DNA from: Felis catus
Taxonomy: Eukaryota
Direction of reading: 5' to 3'
NCBI RefSeq assembly: GCF_018350175.1
Contig: NC_058383.1
Span: 15,936,001-16,000,000, forward strand
DNA: 64,000 nucleotides
Translations under genes and position numbers: made by a program
Part shown: piece after piece, positions 1 to 13,371 of the stretch
How the letters are laid out: every line of letters begins with the position of its first letter
Numbering within the stretch: position 1 is the first letter of the stretch
The notes under the pieces: generated by a model
What the model was told of the DNA's origin: nothing
The model's input: the letters and a program-made list of their open reading frames with translations, nothing else
Database searches by the model: none

Positions 1-505
1 AAAGAAAAAAAGAAAAATGAGACTGGACAAACAGAAATCGGTAATGCAGAATCCTAAAAATTCAGGAGGAAGAAAAAAAAAATTCAGGAGGATGTCTGGA
101 CTTGACATAATGTATAATAAAGACTACAGTTTGTTACTAAACCAGGAGCAGAGCTGTGTAATGAAAATGCTCACATAAAATTTCAAAAACGTGGGCCAAA
201 GAGGTGGGTGATTTCCCTAGTCAATCAATAACGGAAAACGAGCAGGTGGCTACCATAAGGGTCTGACCTGGGACTTTGGTCAGCAGCACAGTGACGTCAG
301 CTCTAATCAAGTCAACATGTGAACCTTACCAAATGCTACTGGTCATTCAACAAATAGCTGAGATTTCACAAAAAGTGTTGCTTTGCCCAAATAACCACAA
401 TTGCACTCAGGTCACAAAGAATATCATACTGAAAAGTAATCTAACATAGGAAGGATATGCAGAATCAGTGTATATGATATGCTTTACTTAAAACTGAAAA
501 TGACA

Positions 506-710
506 GGGGCACCTGGGTGGCTCAGTCGGTTAAGCGGCCGACTTCGGCTCGGATCATGATCTCGCGGTCCGTGAGTTCGAGCCCCGCGTCGGGCTCTGTG
601 CTGACAGCTCAGAGCCTGGAGCCTGTTTCAGATTCTGTGTCTCCCTCTCTCTGACCCTCCCCCGTTCATGCTCTGTCTCTCTCTGTCTCAAAAATAAACG
701 TTAAAAAAAA
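506..710 (+). mobile_element. CAN-SINE (felid type)
   Basis: tRNA-derived head, CT tract and A tail; perfect TSD AAAACTGAAAATGACA. Confidence 0.92.
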
Positions 711-1715
711 AAAACTGAAAATGACAAGTGAAACCACATGTCATCTTTGCCTACTCAATCAAGAAGTCAGCCCACTAGGCTTTTTCCTATCTTTGCTTGA
801 AATTGAGTTAAAACTCCCTGTTTGTCCTAAAATACACTGTAACTAAGAGATCCCTTGCTGGAACAGACTGGAAAATAATACAAATGTTATTTTTCCTCAA
901 GGCTAAGGGGTCAGGTGTCACTGTTACAACTTCACTTCCAAATCATGGCCTCTCCTCTGTCATGGAGAATATCCCATGCCTTGGGAAATTTGTCCTTGGC
1001 TATTCCAAGTTATTGCCCCACTGCCTGAGCTGATATTGTTAACGCAAGAAGCCAAAGAACATCATTTGTCTTTACTAAAACCAATATACAAAGGAGAGAC
1101 ACTCTCTTGTACATGTGTTTTAATGAACCTGTGTTTGGGGGCCAGGAGAACAATGGATGTTTAAACAAGTACCACATCTTAGAGATTCTGGTTGGCAGAA
1201 GCTGACTTACTAATTTATTCTTATATTAGGAAGATAAATAATTTTTTTACCCAGTAAATACTAATAGAGTAAATGCCAATATGTGCTGGGCTTTCCTTTA
1301 TTCAATTAAAATGTCAATGGGCATAATAACATCTACCTTTTATAAAACGGACTATGTTCATTTCAATTCCTGAATGAAATGTATATATTGATAAATTTTT
1401 TAAAAACAGCTTTTATCCTACTATAACCACCACTAAGTGGCAGGTTGCTGGGACCAGGGTATGGCAAGACTGGACAGACATCAACTAAATCAAATGATCT
1501 AATTTAATAGCACCAATGATGATGTGATGCACTGAGAAAGACACATCCCTTACAGCAACCCTGTCAAAGAATTTTTAATTTGAATCCAGTCATGAGGATA
1601 TAACCAGACAAATCCAAGTTAAGGAACATACTTTAAAACAAATGGTTCAGACTCTTCAAATATCAATGTCATTTGTAACAATGTCAGTGTCACAAAAACA
1701 AGTTAGGAAACTTCT

Positions 1716-1944
1716 TTTTTTTTTTTTAATTTTTTTTTTCAACGTTTTTATTTATTTTTGGGACAGAGAGAGACAGAGCATGAACGGGGGAGGGGCAGAG
1801 AGAGAGGGAGACACAGAATCGGAAGCAGGCTCCAGGCTCTGAGCCATCAGCCCAGAGCCCAACGTGGGGCTCGAACTCACGGACCGCGAGATCGTGACCT
1901 GGCTGAAGTCGGACGCTTAACCGGCTGCGCCACCCAGGCGCCCC
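1716..1944 (-). mobile_element. Young CAN-SINE (SINEC_Fc-like)
   Basis: Perfect TSD AAGTTAGGAAACTTCT; CpGs retained. Confidence 0.92.
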
Positions 1945-2235
1945 AAGTTAGGAAACTTCTTAAAGGAGATTAAAGAACTATGACAACTACAAGTTGTATC
2001 ACAATTAAAAATGTATGATTCTTGAAAGGATCTTGAATCGGTGGTTAAAAAAAATCCAGCTAAAATGACATTGTTGGGACAAGTGGAGAAATTTTAATAT
2101 AGGCTGTAGTTTAATGATACTGGTACATCAGTGCTAAATTCCCTGGGTGTGACAATGGTATTGCAGTTAAATAGAATACATTTTTATGACTGGATAAAAT
2201 GACACGATATCTCCAACTTTGAAATGATTCAGTAA

Positions 2236-2243
2236 AGAGAGAG

Positions 2244-2281
<38 letters not shown>

Positions 2282-2287
2282 TGTGTG

Positions 2288-2327
<40 letters not shown>
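2236..2327. repeat. Compound (GA)n(GT)n(GA)n microsatellite
   Basis: Read directly. Confidence 0.95.
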
Positions 2328-2330
<3 letters not shown>

Positions 2331-4089
2331 GGCAAATATATCAAAATGTTAACAAACGGTGACTCTAGATAGAGGGTATAAAGGTATTTATGGTGTTCTT
2401 TTTGCAACTGTTCTATGGGTTTGGAATTTTTCAAACTAAAAAGTTGAGAAAAATGGAAATGTAAAACTAAAGAATTCTATAATGTTAAAAAAGACAGTAG
2501 TATAACTTATAATTAAGGACATAAAATGCATTTTCCTCCACTGTTTTTTAGGGTGACTATATCTGTCAATTATATATTTACAAGCCATTGTTTCTACTGA
2601 GCAGGAATTGTCTGCTCTCTATATAACTTACACTTCAGTATTATGTAATACATTCACAAGCATTCAGACTTCTAGAAACTCCCCACCTACACAAAACTTC
2701 ATATTCTCCTTCCTAAAGGACTTAAACTAGTACTGATTTTATTTACACAGATGTTTAAAGCAAATATTCCAAGTGAATTTTAAAGATTGTTTGAATCTAT
2801 ATTTACATGTAGGAGTTACTTAATCTCCTTAAGTAATGAATTAGTTGACTGAAGTTGACTTGCTATTTGAAATGTAATGTGTAATTTTGCTTAACTTGCT
2901 GAGTCATTTAAGGGATGCAAACAACTACTTTGGAAAATCGAATTCTGAATAAACAGAACAAAATGATCTATTGGCAGACCTTTCTTTAGAAACACACATA
3001 CACATACAAACAGCACCTTTTAACTGCCACACAGTTAATTTACACATGCAATGATGAACAGAACTGCTCAAATTCTTCCATGTTCAACCTTTGATTCAAG
3101 TCACGTTCTGAAAAACTAAAGTACAAGAAAACTGGGCAGCCTTCAAAGTCAATGAACTGTTTAATCTGTAGCATTCTCTCGGGAGCTAGCAAAAAAATAT
3201 CCTCTTTCCAGTCCTGTTACAGGACCTGTTCAGCTAACTTCTCTAAATCTCAGTATTTCCAGCTGTAAAATGGAGGAATTCTGACATGATCTCAAAAGGA
3301 TTATAGAGAAGATAGTCCATTTTCCCTATGTATATTAAATTCAAGAATAAAAGAGTGAACACAAAGCTTTCCAGGTATATAAACAATCCCAAGGCATTAG
3401 ACAAAGTTACCCAAATAGCAAATACCTTTTATATACCAATAGTTAATTTTCCTATGAATATTTTGTAACCTTTTACCAGAGGAAAATGTATCCAAATGAG
3501 GGTGAACAAGTTTTTATTTTTTAAATTCTAGCACTCAAATAAAGCATAAATATTCATCACCTTAAAAAAAAAAAAACTTATAGTGTATGTCTACATGTAT
3601 TATTCACTCAGTAAGTATTTACTCAGCAACTGATGGAAAAAAAGTAGTAAAAACTCAGAAGTTTTCCTTTCATGCCTCCTCCCTCCAGGTCCTAGGAATG
3701 CCTGAAAGAGGTACAATGTTTGTCCTCGTAGAGACTCAGGCTTCTGCTAAAGATGCTAAGGACCACACCTGCCAGAGATCATACCTCATATTGGTGGCCA
3801 GGCAGGAACTAAAGTTAGGCCTCCAGACCTTTCCATTTCAGGGGTCCTTCCACTCTCTGGAAACCTCACTTTCCCATAAATCGCTCACTGCAAAATTCTT
3901 GACTAGTGTTAATAAGTCAATGAATCCTTGGGAGAAATGGATAGGTTGCTTTAGGAGAAAAAACTCTTGATTCAAACCATTTCACTTAGGAAAATCAGAA
4001 AATCTAAATCAGAAAATGCTCAGCAATTAGGAAACTAGCTAACTCAATTATATGAATTTTTAATTAAATTATCAAATTAATGAAGTACT

Positions 4090-5260
4090 GTTATATTATT
4101 TAATTCAACAACTATCTGCTGAATGCCTAATGCATGCGTCCCTGCCTTCATGGACCGTTCTCAGGAGGGAGACAAGGCACTAAACAGGTAAACATTCATC
4201 TATTGTTACCACTTGTAATTATTCAAAAGAAAAGTAAACTATGGTGCTTGTAAGAGACAAAAGGACCTATTTTAGATTGGCTAAAGAGGAAAAGCAACAT
4301 TCAACTTGAACTATCAAAAAGATAAAGAGGGAGCAGGACAGAGAGAAAAGTATACCAGGCAGAGGAACAGTAAAGCAAAGGTCCTGAGGTAGTAAAGGGC
4401 TTGGAAGATTACAGAAACTACCTGCCAGTGGAAAGTGTGTGTGTTTGGGGGTGGGGACAGTAGCACAAGAGAGGGTTGGTGAATAGGTGAGGTTATACAG
4501 GGTCATATAGGTCCTAGTAACGAATGTGGATTTCCTCTTAGTACAACAGAAAGTGAACAGTTTTAATAGGGGATGTGTTGATCCAATTAATATTTTAAGA
4601 TTACTCTGTCTGCTGACTGGAAAACAGAAGGGGGGGGGGGGGGGAAGAGTGGAAGCCAAAGGCTACTAATCTAGACCAGAGATGACAGACTACATTTAGC
4701 TATGGAGATGGTGAAAAGTAACTGTATACAAAATATACTGAAGGTGGAGATGACAGGTCTCACTGATGGACTAGATTTAGGGGTGAGGAAGGAGGGCTTG
4801 ATTTCTGGACTAAGCAATTGGATGGATGATGAGAGAAAGGGTTAGAAATACACTTTTGGGAGTCATCAGCATATAAATGGGTAAAATGACCAAGGGGAGG
4901 GTGTGAAGAGAAAGAGGTCCTGGGACTGAGCCGTAAGATACCGCAACATTTAAGCCAAGCAAGGGAGGAAGGATAAACCAGGAAAGGAGACTGAGAAGCA
5001 GTCCTTGATGTAGCAGAAAATGCAGACAGCATGTTGCAAGGCCCAAGTTTCTAGAGTTTTTCGTTTTGTTTTGTTTTTCAAGTACAATTGACAGTTTCTG
5101 TATCAACTGCTGCTAAGAGATCAAGAAGATTGAGGACAGAAAATCAACCTTTGAATTTGACAAGATGGAGGGCTCAGATAATCATCACAAAACCATTTCT
5201 ATAGATTGGTGTGGATAAAAGCCCAACAGACTGAGAATGAGGGAATAAAAACACTTCTAA
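4090..5260 (-). mobile_element. Ancient L2 fragment
   Basis: attcaacaac...tgaatgccta, cctgccttcatgga, gggagtcatcagcatata are L2-like blocks. Confidence 0.55.
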
Positions 5261-5544
5261 GAATGAGGGTGTAAAAACACTTCTAAGCAGTTTTGTTCTG
5301 AGGGGAAGCAGAAATGGAGCAATAAGTGGGCAGGAATATGGGGACAAGGAATTTTTAAAGATGGATAAATTAAAGCGGGACTGTTTAATGACAGTGAATA
5401 CTCTAGTAAAGAGGGGGAAATTGGAAATAGCTTGGGCTACAGTAATATATCTGAATGTTTTTCAAGATGTAGATTAAGCCCCATTAATGAACTGCAAAAT
5501 CAATTTAGTGGGTCAGCCTTCTTTTTTAATTGTTTTAAATGTTG

Positions 5545-5556
5545 TTATGTATTTTT

Positions 5557-5596
<40 letters not shown>

Positions 5597-5768
5597 GCAT
5601 GAGCAGGGGAGGGGTAGGTAGAGAGAGAGGGAGACACAGAATCTGACCCAGGCTCCAGGCTCTGAGCTGTCAGCACAGAGCCCGACGCGGGGCTCAAACT
5701 CACAAACTGTGAGATCATGACCTCAGCTGAAGTCAGACACCCAACCGACTGAGCCACCCAGGTGCCCC
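5545..5768 (-). mobile_element. CAN-SINE
   Basis: Antisense SINEC head and tail. Confidence 0.85.
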
Positions 5769-6249
5769 ATCACTCTTTTTTAATAAGAAACAATATAACA
5801 GTGTACTGAATACAGTAAAAGTATTATTTCACGAAGCTTTCATTTGTTACATATATATAATAGTGTTTTTTAAAAATCTGAAAAATAGTAGTATACATGA
5901 CCATTAAACATGAAGCAAAACAACACAAAGGAAAATGTGAGTATTAAATAATCAATGCCAAAGAGAACACGATATGGGTATGCCTACAAGTTAATGTGAA
6001 CCATGGAAAAACCCACATGCGGAGCAGCAGCAAAAACTTCATCTGCACGCAGCACAACAAACAAACATCACACACACGAAGAAGTTTCTGAGGTCCCAGT
6101 CCTAGCTCCAGTACTTCCTTCTTCCCAGAAAACCCGCCCCTTCCCTTGCAAGGCGAGCTGCTGGGCAAACTCGGAGAAGCCTTCTTCCCAGTTAGGGCTC
6201 CCCAAGGTAAGCCCCAAACTCTAATCCAGCACTTCTCCATCTCTCCTGC

Positions 6250-6900
6250 AGGTACCCCCAGGGCGGACCAGGGCTTTACACCGTCTAAGTCCCCGCCGGA
6301 ACACCGGGCTGAGCTCCCCACTGGGAACCAGGTCACGCTAGGATATGAACGATGGAGGAAGCAGGCACACTGATAGACCGTCAGGCCAAGCCACGCTGGG
6401 CCCCGCGTCCCAAGCACAGGGTGGGAGCAGGGTCGAAGGTTCCGAGAGGCAGAGCGAGGGTCCCTTTCCTCCCCGCCTCCCGCCCCAAGCCTTCCCCAAC
6501 CACCACCCCCCCCCCCCACGCTCGTACAAGGTGCGCTCCAAGCCCGCGCCCTCGGCTCCCCTCGACCCAGCCGTCCCCAGCTGTGGACACTTGCGCGAGC
6601 CCGGGAACGCGCCCTGGATGACTTACACTTCCATGTCGACCCCGAGTTGTCGCCTCCGCCCGCCAGCACACACGCAGCCTCACGCTACGCCGCCACCGCT
6701 TCCGCCCGCCTCACAGCGCACCGGGTAGCCGGCTCCGCGCGCCGCGGGGCACGTCGGGATCGCCGCGCTGCATGCCGGGAACCTGGCGGACCGGGCCGGA
6801 GACCTCAATGCAGCCAGACTTCTGTGCACTTCACGTTGCGGGGCTTGAAACTGTTGAGGGACGCCTGGTGGAAGCGCAAGGCGGCTTTGTGCTGCTGGAA
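6250..6900. promoter_or_regulatory. CRCP: CpG island / CRCP promoter
   Basis: Abrupt GC- and CpG-rich block with GC boxes (ccgccc) surrounding the minus-strand ATG. Confidence 0.8.
6627..6634 (-). CDS. CRCP: CRCP (CGRP receptor component / RNA Pol III subunit RPC9) first coding exon, ATG GAA GT (M-E-V, split codon)
   Basis: The minus strand reads gtcgacATGGAAGT|gtaagt, with a consensus donor at 6626-6621, inside a CpG island. CRCP begins MEVKDAN and neighbours ASL/GUSB in mammals. I did not find exon 2 in the window, so 1-6626 is probably intron 1. Confidence 0.8.
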
Positions 6901-7066
6901 ATGTTCTGTTTCATGATCCTGATGTTGGGTGTGGCGCCGTGTGTTCTGTTTCTGAAAATTCAGTGAGTTGTCCACTTTTATGTATGTTGTAATTGAATAA
7001 AACGTCTTAAAAAGTGAAAAACCCTCAGCCTCCCTTCTCGTTATCACTCTTCTTGAGAGCTATTTG

Positions 7067-7067
7067 G

Positions 7068-7109
<42 letters not shown>
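7067..7109. repeat. (GC)5(AC)n microsatellite
   Basis: Read directly. Confidence 0.95.
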
Positions 7110-7112
<3 letters not shown>

Positions 7113-7117
7113 CTGTA

Positions 7118-8222
7118 AGGGTGCCTGGGTGGCTCAGTCCCTAAGCGTGGATTTTGGCTCTGGTGATGGTCTCACAGTTCCTGAGTTCGAGCCCTCTTTA
7201 GGCTCTCTGCTGCCAGCGCAGAGCCTGCTTGGATCCTCTGACCCCCTCTCCCTCTGCCCCTCCCCTACTAGCGCTCACTTGCACTCTCTCAAAAATAAAA
7301 AAAAAAATAAACATTTTTTTAAAAGCTGTAAGGGTAAGACTCTGACCTTCCAGACTTTCTAGGAATTTATCTAAAGGGAATTATCAGATGCTTGAAGAAA
7401 GGTGGTTTTATAGTGATATTTTTTTCAGGGAGATAGCCTGAATATCCATCAATGAGGAATTGATAAATCATGTTTCAGCCACCCAGTATTATATATACGA
7501 CCATGAGAAATCATGTAGCATATTTGTTACGCTACAGGAAATGCTTAAGATAGGGTTTTTAATTAAAAGATAGAAAATGATGTGGTGTTACTCTAATAAT
7601 CTAAAGAAAAATGCACAGGGAAAAAATAAGGGCACCTGAGGTAGAGCCACCTAATGTATTATATTTTATGTCTTAAAAAAAAAAACAGACATGGAAGGTT
7701 CATTATCTTCTAAACTTTGGATATGTCTGAAATAGTTCTTAAAGACTGGAAGGAAATAGCCAAAATATTAACAATAGCAAATGTCTTTAAATGATATGTC
7801 AATTGCAGGGTGACTGGGTGGCTGTCAGTAAAGTGTCCAACTCTTGATTTCAGCTCAGGTGGTGATCACATGGTCTGTGGGATCAAGCCCCACGTTCAGC
7901 ATTCAGCTCTGTGCTAACAGTGCAGAGCCTGCTTGGGATTCTCTCTCTGCTCCTCCCCTGCTTGCTCTCTCTCTGTCTCAAAAATAAATAAGCATAAAAA
8001 AAAAAAAAAGATATGTATGGGGCGCCTGGGTGGCTCTCAGTTGGTTAAGTGTCTGACTTTGGCTCAGGTCACGATCTTGCTGTTTGTGAGTTCCAGCCCT
8101 GCATCAGCTGTGCTGACAGCTCAGAGCCTGGAGTCTGTTTCAGATTCTGTGTCTCCCTCTCTCTCTGCCCATCCCCTGTTCATGCTCTGTCTCTGTCTCT
8201 CAAACATTAAAAAAAAATTTTT
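7118..8222 (+). mobile_element. Three CAN-SINEs (about 7118-7320, 7807-8008, 8019-8222)
   Basis: ggg(c/t)gcctgggtggctcag-type heads with A tails. Confidence 0.8.
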
Positions 8223-9292
8223 AATGAGATGTCAATTGCTAATTTTTTCTGCTTTTTTATAGTTATATCAGTTATCATTTGCTAAATTCATTCTCTTTGC
8301 AAGGCACTTACTAAGCACTTTGTTATTCCATTACATTAACAGTTAATGGTGCAAGCTTTGCAGTCAGATGGCCTGTGATTCTGTTTGCCTCCATCAATTT
8401 CTTAGAGGCTGTTGGACCTTGGGAGATTACTTAACCTCTCCTAACCCCAGTTCCCTCTTATGTAAATCATAGGTCTGTTTGGTAATCTTTATAAAGTACC
8501 TGACACATAGTAAGTGCTCAGCAAATATTAATTACTGTGACAATACAACTATGACACTCTGGGGTAATTCTTTTGTTATTCAAATTTTAATATTGAGGAA
8601 ACTGAGGCGGGCTTGAAGACATTATGATTTACCCAAGATCAGTCATCTAGGAACTTGTCCACTAGGGATTCAAATTCAGGCCATCTGAACAACTGTAGGA
8701 GGTGTATTAAATTGTTAATAGTGACTGATGATAGGTTAATAGAATGTGTTATGGCAAAAAAGGAATTGAGTACTGATACCTGCTACAACATGGATGGCCC
8801 TCAAAAACATGCCAAGTGAAGAAGCCAGACACAAAAGACCACATTCTATATGATTCCATTTATATGAAATGTCCAGGATGGCAAATCTATACAGACAGGG
8901 AGTAGATTAGTGGTTGCTTAGGGATGGGGAGTGACAGCTAATGGACACTGAACTTTCCAATTTTAGTATATGTGCTACCAAAGCAAGCACATGGACACTG
9001 AATTTCTTCTGGGGGAAATAAAAATTTCCCAAAACTATGTTGTTATGGTTGTCCATCCCTGTGAATATATCAAAAAAACACTGCATATACAATTTTAAAT
9101 AAGCAAATTGTATGGTATCTGAATTTTGTATTCAATGAAGCTGTCAAAAAAGTGTTTTACTGGTATTTGCCTGTGGGGGTTAGTTTGGAAGAGAAATAAG
9201 AGGAATTTTTAGCATTTAACTTTACACACTCAGAACTTCAAAAATGTTTTTCAATGCACATGTTATTTTCAAATTATAAAAAATATTATTTT

Positions 9293-9505
9293 AGGGCACC
9301 TGGGTGGCTCAGTCGGTTAAGCATCCGACTTCAGCTCAGGTCATGATCTCACAGTCTGTGAGGTCAAGCCCCGCATTGGGCTCTGTGCTGACAGCTCAGA
9401 GCCTGGAGCTTGCTTCAGATTCTGTGTCTCCTCTCTCTCTGCCCCTCCCCTGCTCATGCTCTGTCTCTCTCTGTCTCAAAAATATATTAAAAAATTAAAA
9501 TTTTT
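9293..9505 (+). mobile_element. CAN-SINE
   Basis: TSD AAAATATTATTTTT. Confidence 0.88.
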
Positions 9506-11548
9506 TTAAAATATTATTTTTAAAACAACTAATTTACTTTAAAAAATCAGCAGGTAAGTAAATGCCACCCTAGACCCAGCTGGTCTGATTTGTATAGAGG
9601 GTCCCCTGTAACTTCTTTAAGGCCAGTGGGCCCCACAAAGCAGCACTAATGATGCTTGTTGTGTATTCACTTAGCAAATATGTAGCGATGGCCCATTTAG
9701 TGGTGATGATACAAATATGAATAATCCACACCTCCTGCCCTGGCCAGCTGACAGCCTAGTTGGGGAACCAGCTCTGGACATCAACAACTATAATACACAG
9801 TGTTTAGACGCGATGAAGCAGAGGAGAGAATGACTAATGAGGTGGAGAGGCGTCTCAAAGCCAGGAGTGTTTGAGCTGGTTGTGGGGAGGAGTACCCAAA
9901 GCCAAGGCTTCAGGGATGGGCTCCCACAGAAGAGGGGTCAGTACCTCTGAGGGCCCCATGATAAAATAGCTAAGCTCCAGGTTCTCCAAGGGAAGCCACC
10001 CTAAGACTTCGAGGACCATATGGAGTCACTCTGCCTATTCTCTAAGGGCAGCCAAGTAATCAGGAGTGAGGCCCTTTCTCCCAAGGGAAGGCTGCCCAAA
10101 AGGACCTTGTGCAATGAAATAATCCAGCCAACAAAGCTGGGCTAGTCAATGACTGAAACTCCTCCCTAGCCTGTCCCCACTCAGGGCCTCCCTGTAGCTC
10201 TCCTAGCTTGAGACTGCATAAGGAGTCTCATTCTTCGCTACCCAAAGTATAAAAACCTAGAAAATGGCTTTTTTTTTTTTCTTAACAGCTGGCTTTTTAG
10301 GAAGGACCATGTACTATATACAAAGGCCCAGAGCATGAGCAAGCCCTGTGTGTCTTCCATGGGGAAATGTCCTGTTGAACACAGAGCTGTTAGGTCTAGA
10401 GCTCAGTAGGAAACTGGCGAAAACTTTTGAAGGTGTAAGTAGTTCAGGTTGAAGTCTTTGAGGTTAAGTCACCCAGGGAGAGTCCAGAATAGTAAGACTT
10501 ACTTAGTGCTTATCAGGTGCCACCGAGTTGATCTCAGCTCTTCACAGGGGTGTGCTAATTAATCCCCTCAAGATTCCATGAGGATGTGTGCATTAGTATG
10601 CTCTCATTTACTTCCCTCAGGAATTCTCAGAGTTAAGTACAATGATCAGCCCATTTCACACAGAGGAAAGTGAAGCTCAGAAACGAGTTACAACGTGTCA
10701 AAGCCAGGGTGCTCCCTCTTCTCTGGCCAACTCCCAACACCCATGTGCACCGGCACTACCCCAACTTTGCCTCTCAGTTTTAGGACCTGCAACAACTGGG
10801 ATGCCTCCCTGTTCTGCGCTAGATACTTTAGATGCACCAAAGTGGAAAGTGTAGGGGAGAGAGGCCAGGCGAAACTTTCATTCTTCTGAGGCAAATCCCA
10901 TGCAGTATTCAGTCCTCTGCTGAAATGGCTGTTGTCCATTGTCTGAACAGTCCTGGACCCTCAAGCTGGCAATGAGGATGAACACAGAAGGTTTGCCTAT
11001 GGTCAAGGCCTTGAAGGAAACACTGACAAAGCCCAGTGAGGTTGTGATCATTTTTAGCATCTCAGGAGCAGGAATTGTAGACCCGTGGTGACTTCTAATC
11101 ATGGGTTGTATTCCTGGGGACCCACAGGAATAAGGCAGTCATGTGTGGTAGTTATAGATGTGGGCTCTGTGGCCACCCAGACTGAGTTAAATCCAGTACC
11201 TACCTTACAGAGTTGTTGTGTTTAGAATAGCATCTGGCAAATGGCAAGCGTGAAAAAAAATGTTATCTATTATCTCCCAAAAATCCAAAGCAAGGAAATA
11301 AGATTTTGAATCAAGAAAGCTTTAAGTATATGATGATGTATGGATATCATCTATTTCCCCTTATTGTGGATATACTGTCTACCTTCTTGGAAAAGTCATG
11401 AAGCCTTTCACTACCCACCTTACCTTGGAACAGTTGACATGAGTAGAGTTAAAGGCTTCTGGTGAGTAAGAAAATGAGTTACATGGCAGTGCACGATTTG
11501 GAGGGTGGGCCAGCCCCATTCAAGGGTATTTTCCTGGAGTCTCTCCAT

Positions 11549-12042
11549 ATGCTAGGCAGAATAATGGTCCCCCAAAGATGTCCCAACCCTAATCCTCTAG
11601 AACCTGAAGATATGTTACCACATAAGCCCAAACAAACTTTATAGATGTGATCAAGTTTATAGATCTTACGATGGGAAGACTATCCAGAATCATTTGGATG
11701 GGCCCAACCTAAGCACATGGGTCCCTTTAAAGAGGAGAATCTTTCCCAGTTGACAGAGTTAGAGGAAGGTGTAACGATGGAAGAAGAGTCCGAGAGATGC
11801 AACTTTCCTGGTTTTGAAGCTGGAGGAAGGGGCCATGAGCCAAGGAATATAGGTTGCCTTTAGAAACCAGAAAAGGCAAGGAAACAGATTCTCCACTAAG
11901 CCTCCAGAAAGGACTGAAGCCCTGCCAACACCTTAATTTTAACCCAGTAAGAGCCACGTGAGGCTTCTAACCTATAGAAATATGAGATAATAAATCTGTG
12001 GGAGTTGTGTGGGCATTTGTTATAGCAGCAATGAAAAACGAA
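11549..12042 (+). mobile_element. MaLR MLT1-type LTR
   Basis: ggcagaataatggtcccccaaagatgtcc...ggccatgagccaaggaat...ttgttatagcagcaa. Confidence 0.75.
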
Positions 12043-12400
12043 TAAACTCCCATACAATTCCTTTATTCTATGCAGACTGTCTTGCTTATTCACTGTCCCC
12101 AATCCCAAAAATCCCTCAAACGACTCCTAGATAGATCCAGGTGTCTCACGGTGTCATGTGTGTGCACATGCACACACACACGTGAGCACAGGCAGAGCTC
12201 TGGGACCCTCTCTTGTGGCTGCCACTGAATTTGTTGCAGTGATGGCAGCAGAGCAAGGTGCAATTGTCCCCAGGTGCTGAGGCTTGGCCTCCTACCTGAC
12301 ACCATTGCTGCAGATGTCTTAGGCTACTTTAGTTTAGTTTCATTCCCTGGCTGCTGGAGTCTGTGGGGCCAGGTGCAGGGACAGTCAGCATGTAAGGCAT

Positions 12401-12840
12401 ATTTAAGAGTATCTTATGTTCTGCCCTCCTCCCTGCTTTTATATTATTTTTCCTCCCCTTTTCCTATGTCCATCTGTTTTGTATCTTAAGTTCCACATAT
12501 AAGTGAGGTCATATTATATTTGTCTTTCTCTAATTTCACTTAGCATCATACACTCTAGTTCTATCCACACTGTTGCAAATGGCAAGATTTCATTCTTTTT
12601 GATTGCCAAGTAATACTCCATATATACTCCATACTCCATATATCTGGTATATATATACCAGAACAAACTGAGGGTCACTGGAGGAGTTGTGGGTGGGGGG
12701 ATGGGCTAAATGGACAAGGGACATTAAGGAGGTCACTTGTTGGGATGATCCCTGGGTGTTATACATAGTGGATGAATCACTGGATTCTACTCCCAAAATC
12801 ATTATTGCTCTATATGCTAACTTGGATGTAAGTTTCATTA
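12401..12840 (+). mobile_element. 5'-inverted (twin-primed) carnivore L1 3' end
   Basis: Antisense L1 3'UTR (12401-~12658) is joined to a sense L1 3' terminus (gaacaaactgaggg...tatgctaac). Confidence 0.7.
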
Positions 12841-12859
12841 ATGAATGAATGAATGAATG

Positions 12860-13371
12860 AATTTTAATTTTTTTTAACATTTATTTTTGAAAGACAGAGA
12901 GAGGCAGAGCATGAGCAGGAGAGGGGGAGAGAGAGAGACAGACGGAATCCGAAGGAGGTTCCAGGCTCTGAGCTGTTTGTTAGCACAGAGCCCGACGTGG
13001 GCCTCGAACTCACGAACCACAAGACCATGACCTGAGCTGAAGTCAGATACTCAACCGACTGAGCCACCCGGGAGCCCCTGAATTAATTAATTTATTTATT
13101 TATTATTATTTTTTTTTAAATATAGGGGCACAGGTGTTTCCTTTGTTGTTGTTGTTTTTTTTATTTATTTTTAATGTTTATTTATTTTTGAGACAGAGAT
13201 CGAGCATGAGTGGGGGAGGGTCAGAGAGAGAGGGAGACACAGAATCTGAAACAGACTCCAGGCTCTGAGCTGTCAGCACAGAGCCAGATGCGGGGCTCGA
13301 ACTCACAGACCGTGAGATCTTGACCTGAGCCGAAGTTGGAAGCTCAACCGACTGAGCCACCCAGGTGCCCC
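12860..13371 (-). mobile_element. Two antisense CAN-SINEs in the L1 tail
   Basis: gagccaccc(a/g)gg..cccc ends at about 13079 and 13371. Confidence 0.85.

Noticed and set aside
292..299. Perfect CRE TGACGTCA in CRCP intron 1
   Set aside because: A single 8-mer in 64 kb is near chance expectation without conservation or chromatin data.
506..580. tRNA-like A/B boxes at SINE heads
   Set aside because: These are tRNA-derived SINE promoters continuing into CT tracts and A tails; no stand-alone tRNA gene seen.
1642..1973. Recurrent short ORFs such as MAQSVK.../MGQRETEHERGRGRE... across the window
   Set aside because: Translations of CAN-SINE copies, not genes.
5944..6916. Overlapping ORFs (up to 241 aa) at the CRCP island
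   Set aside because: GC-content artefacts; only the 8-nt ATG exon has splice and homology support.
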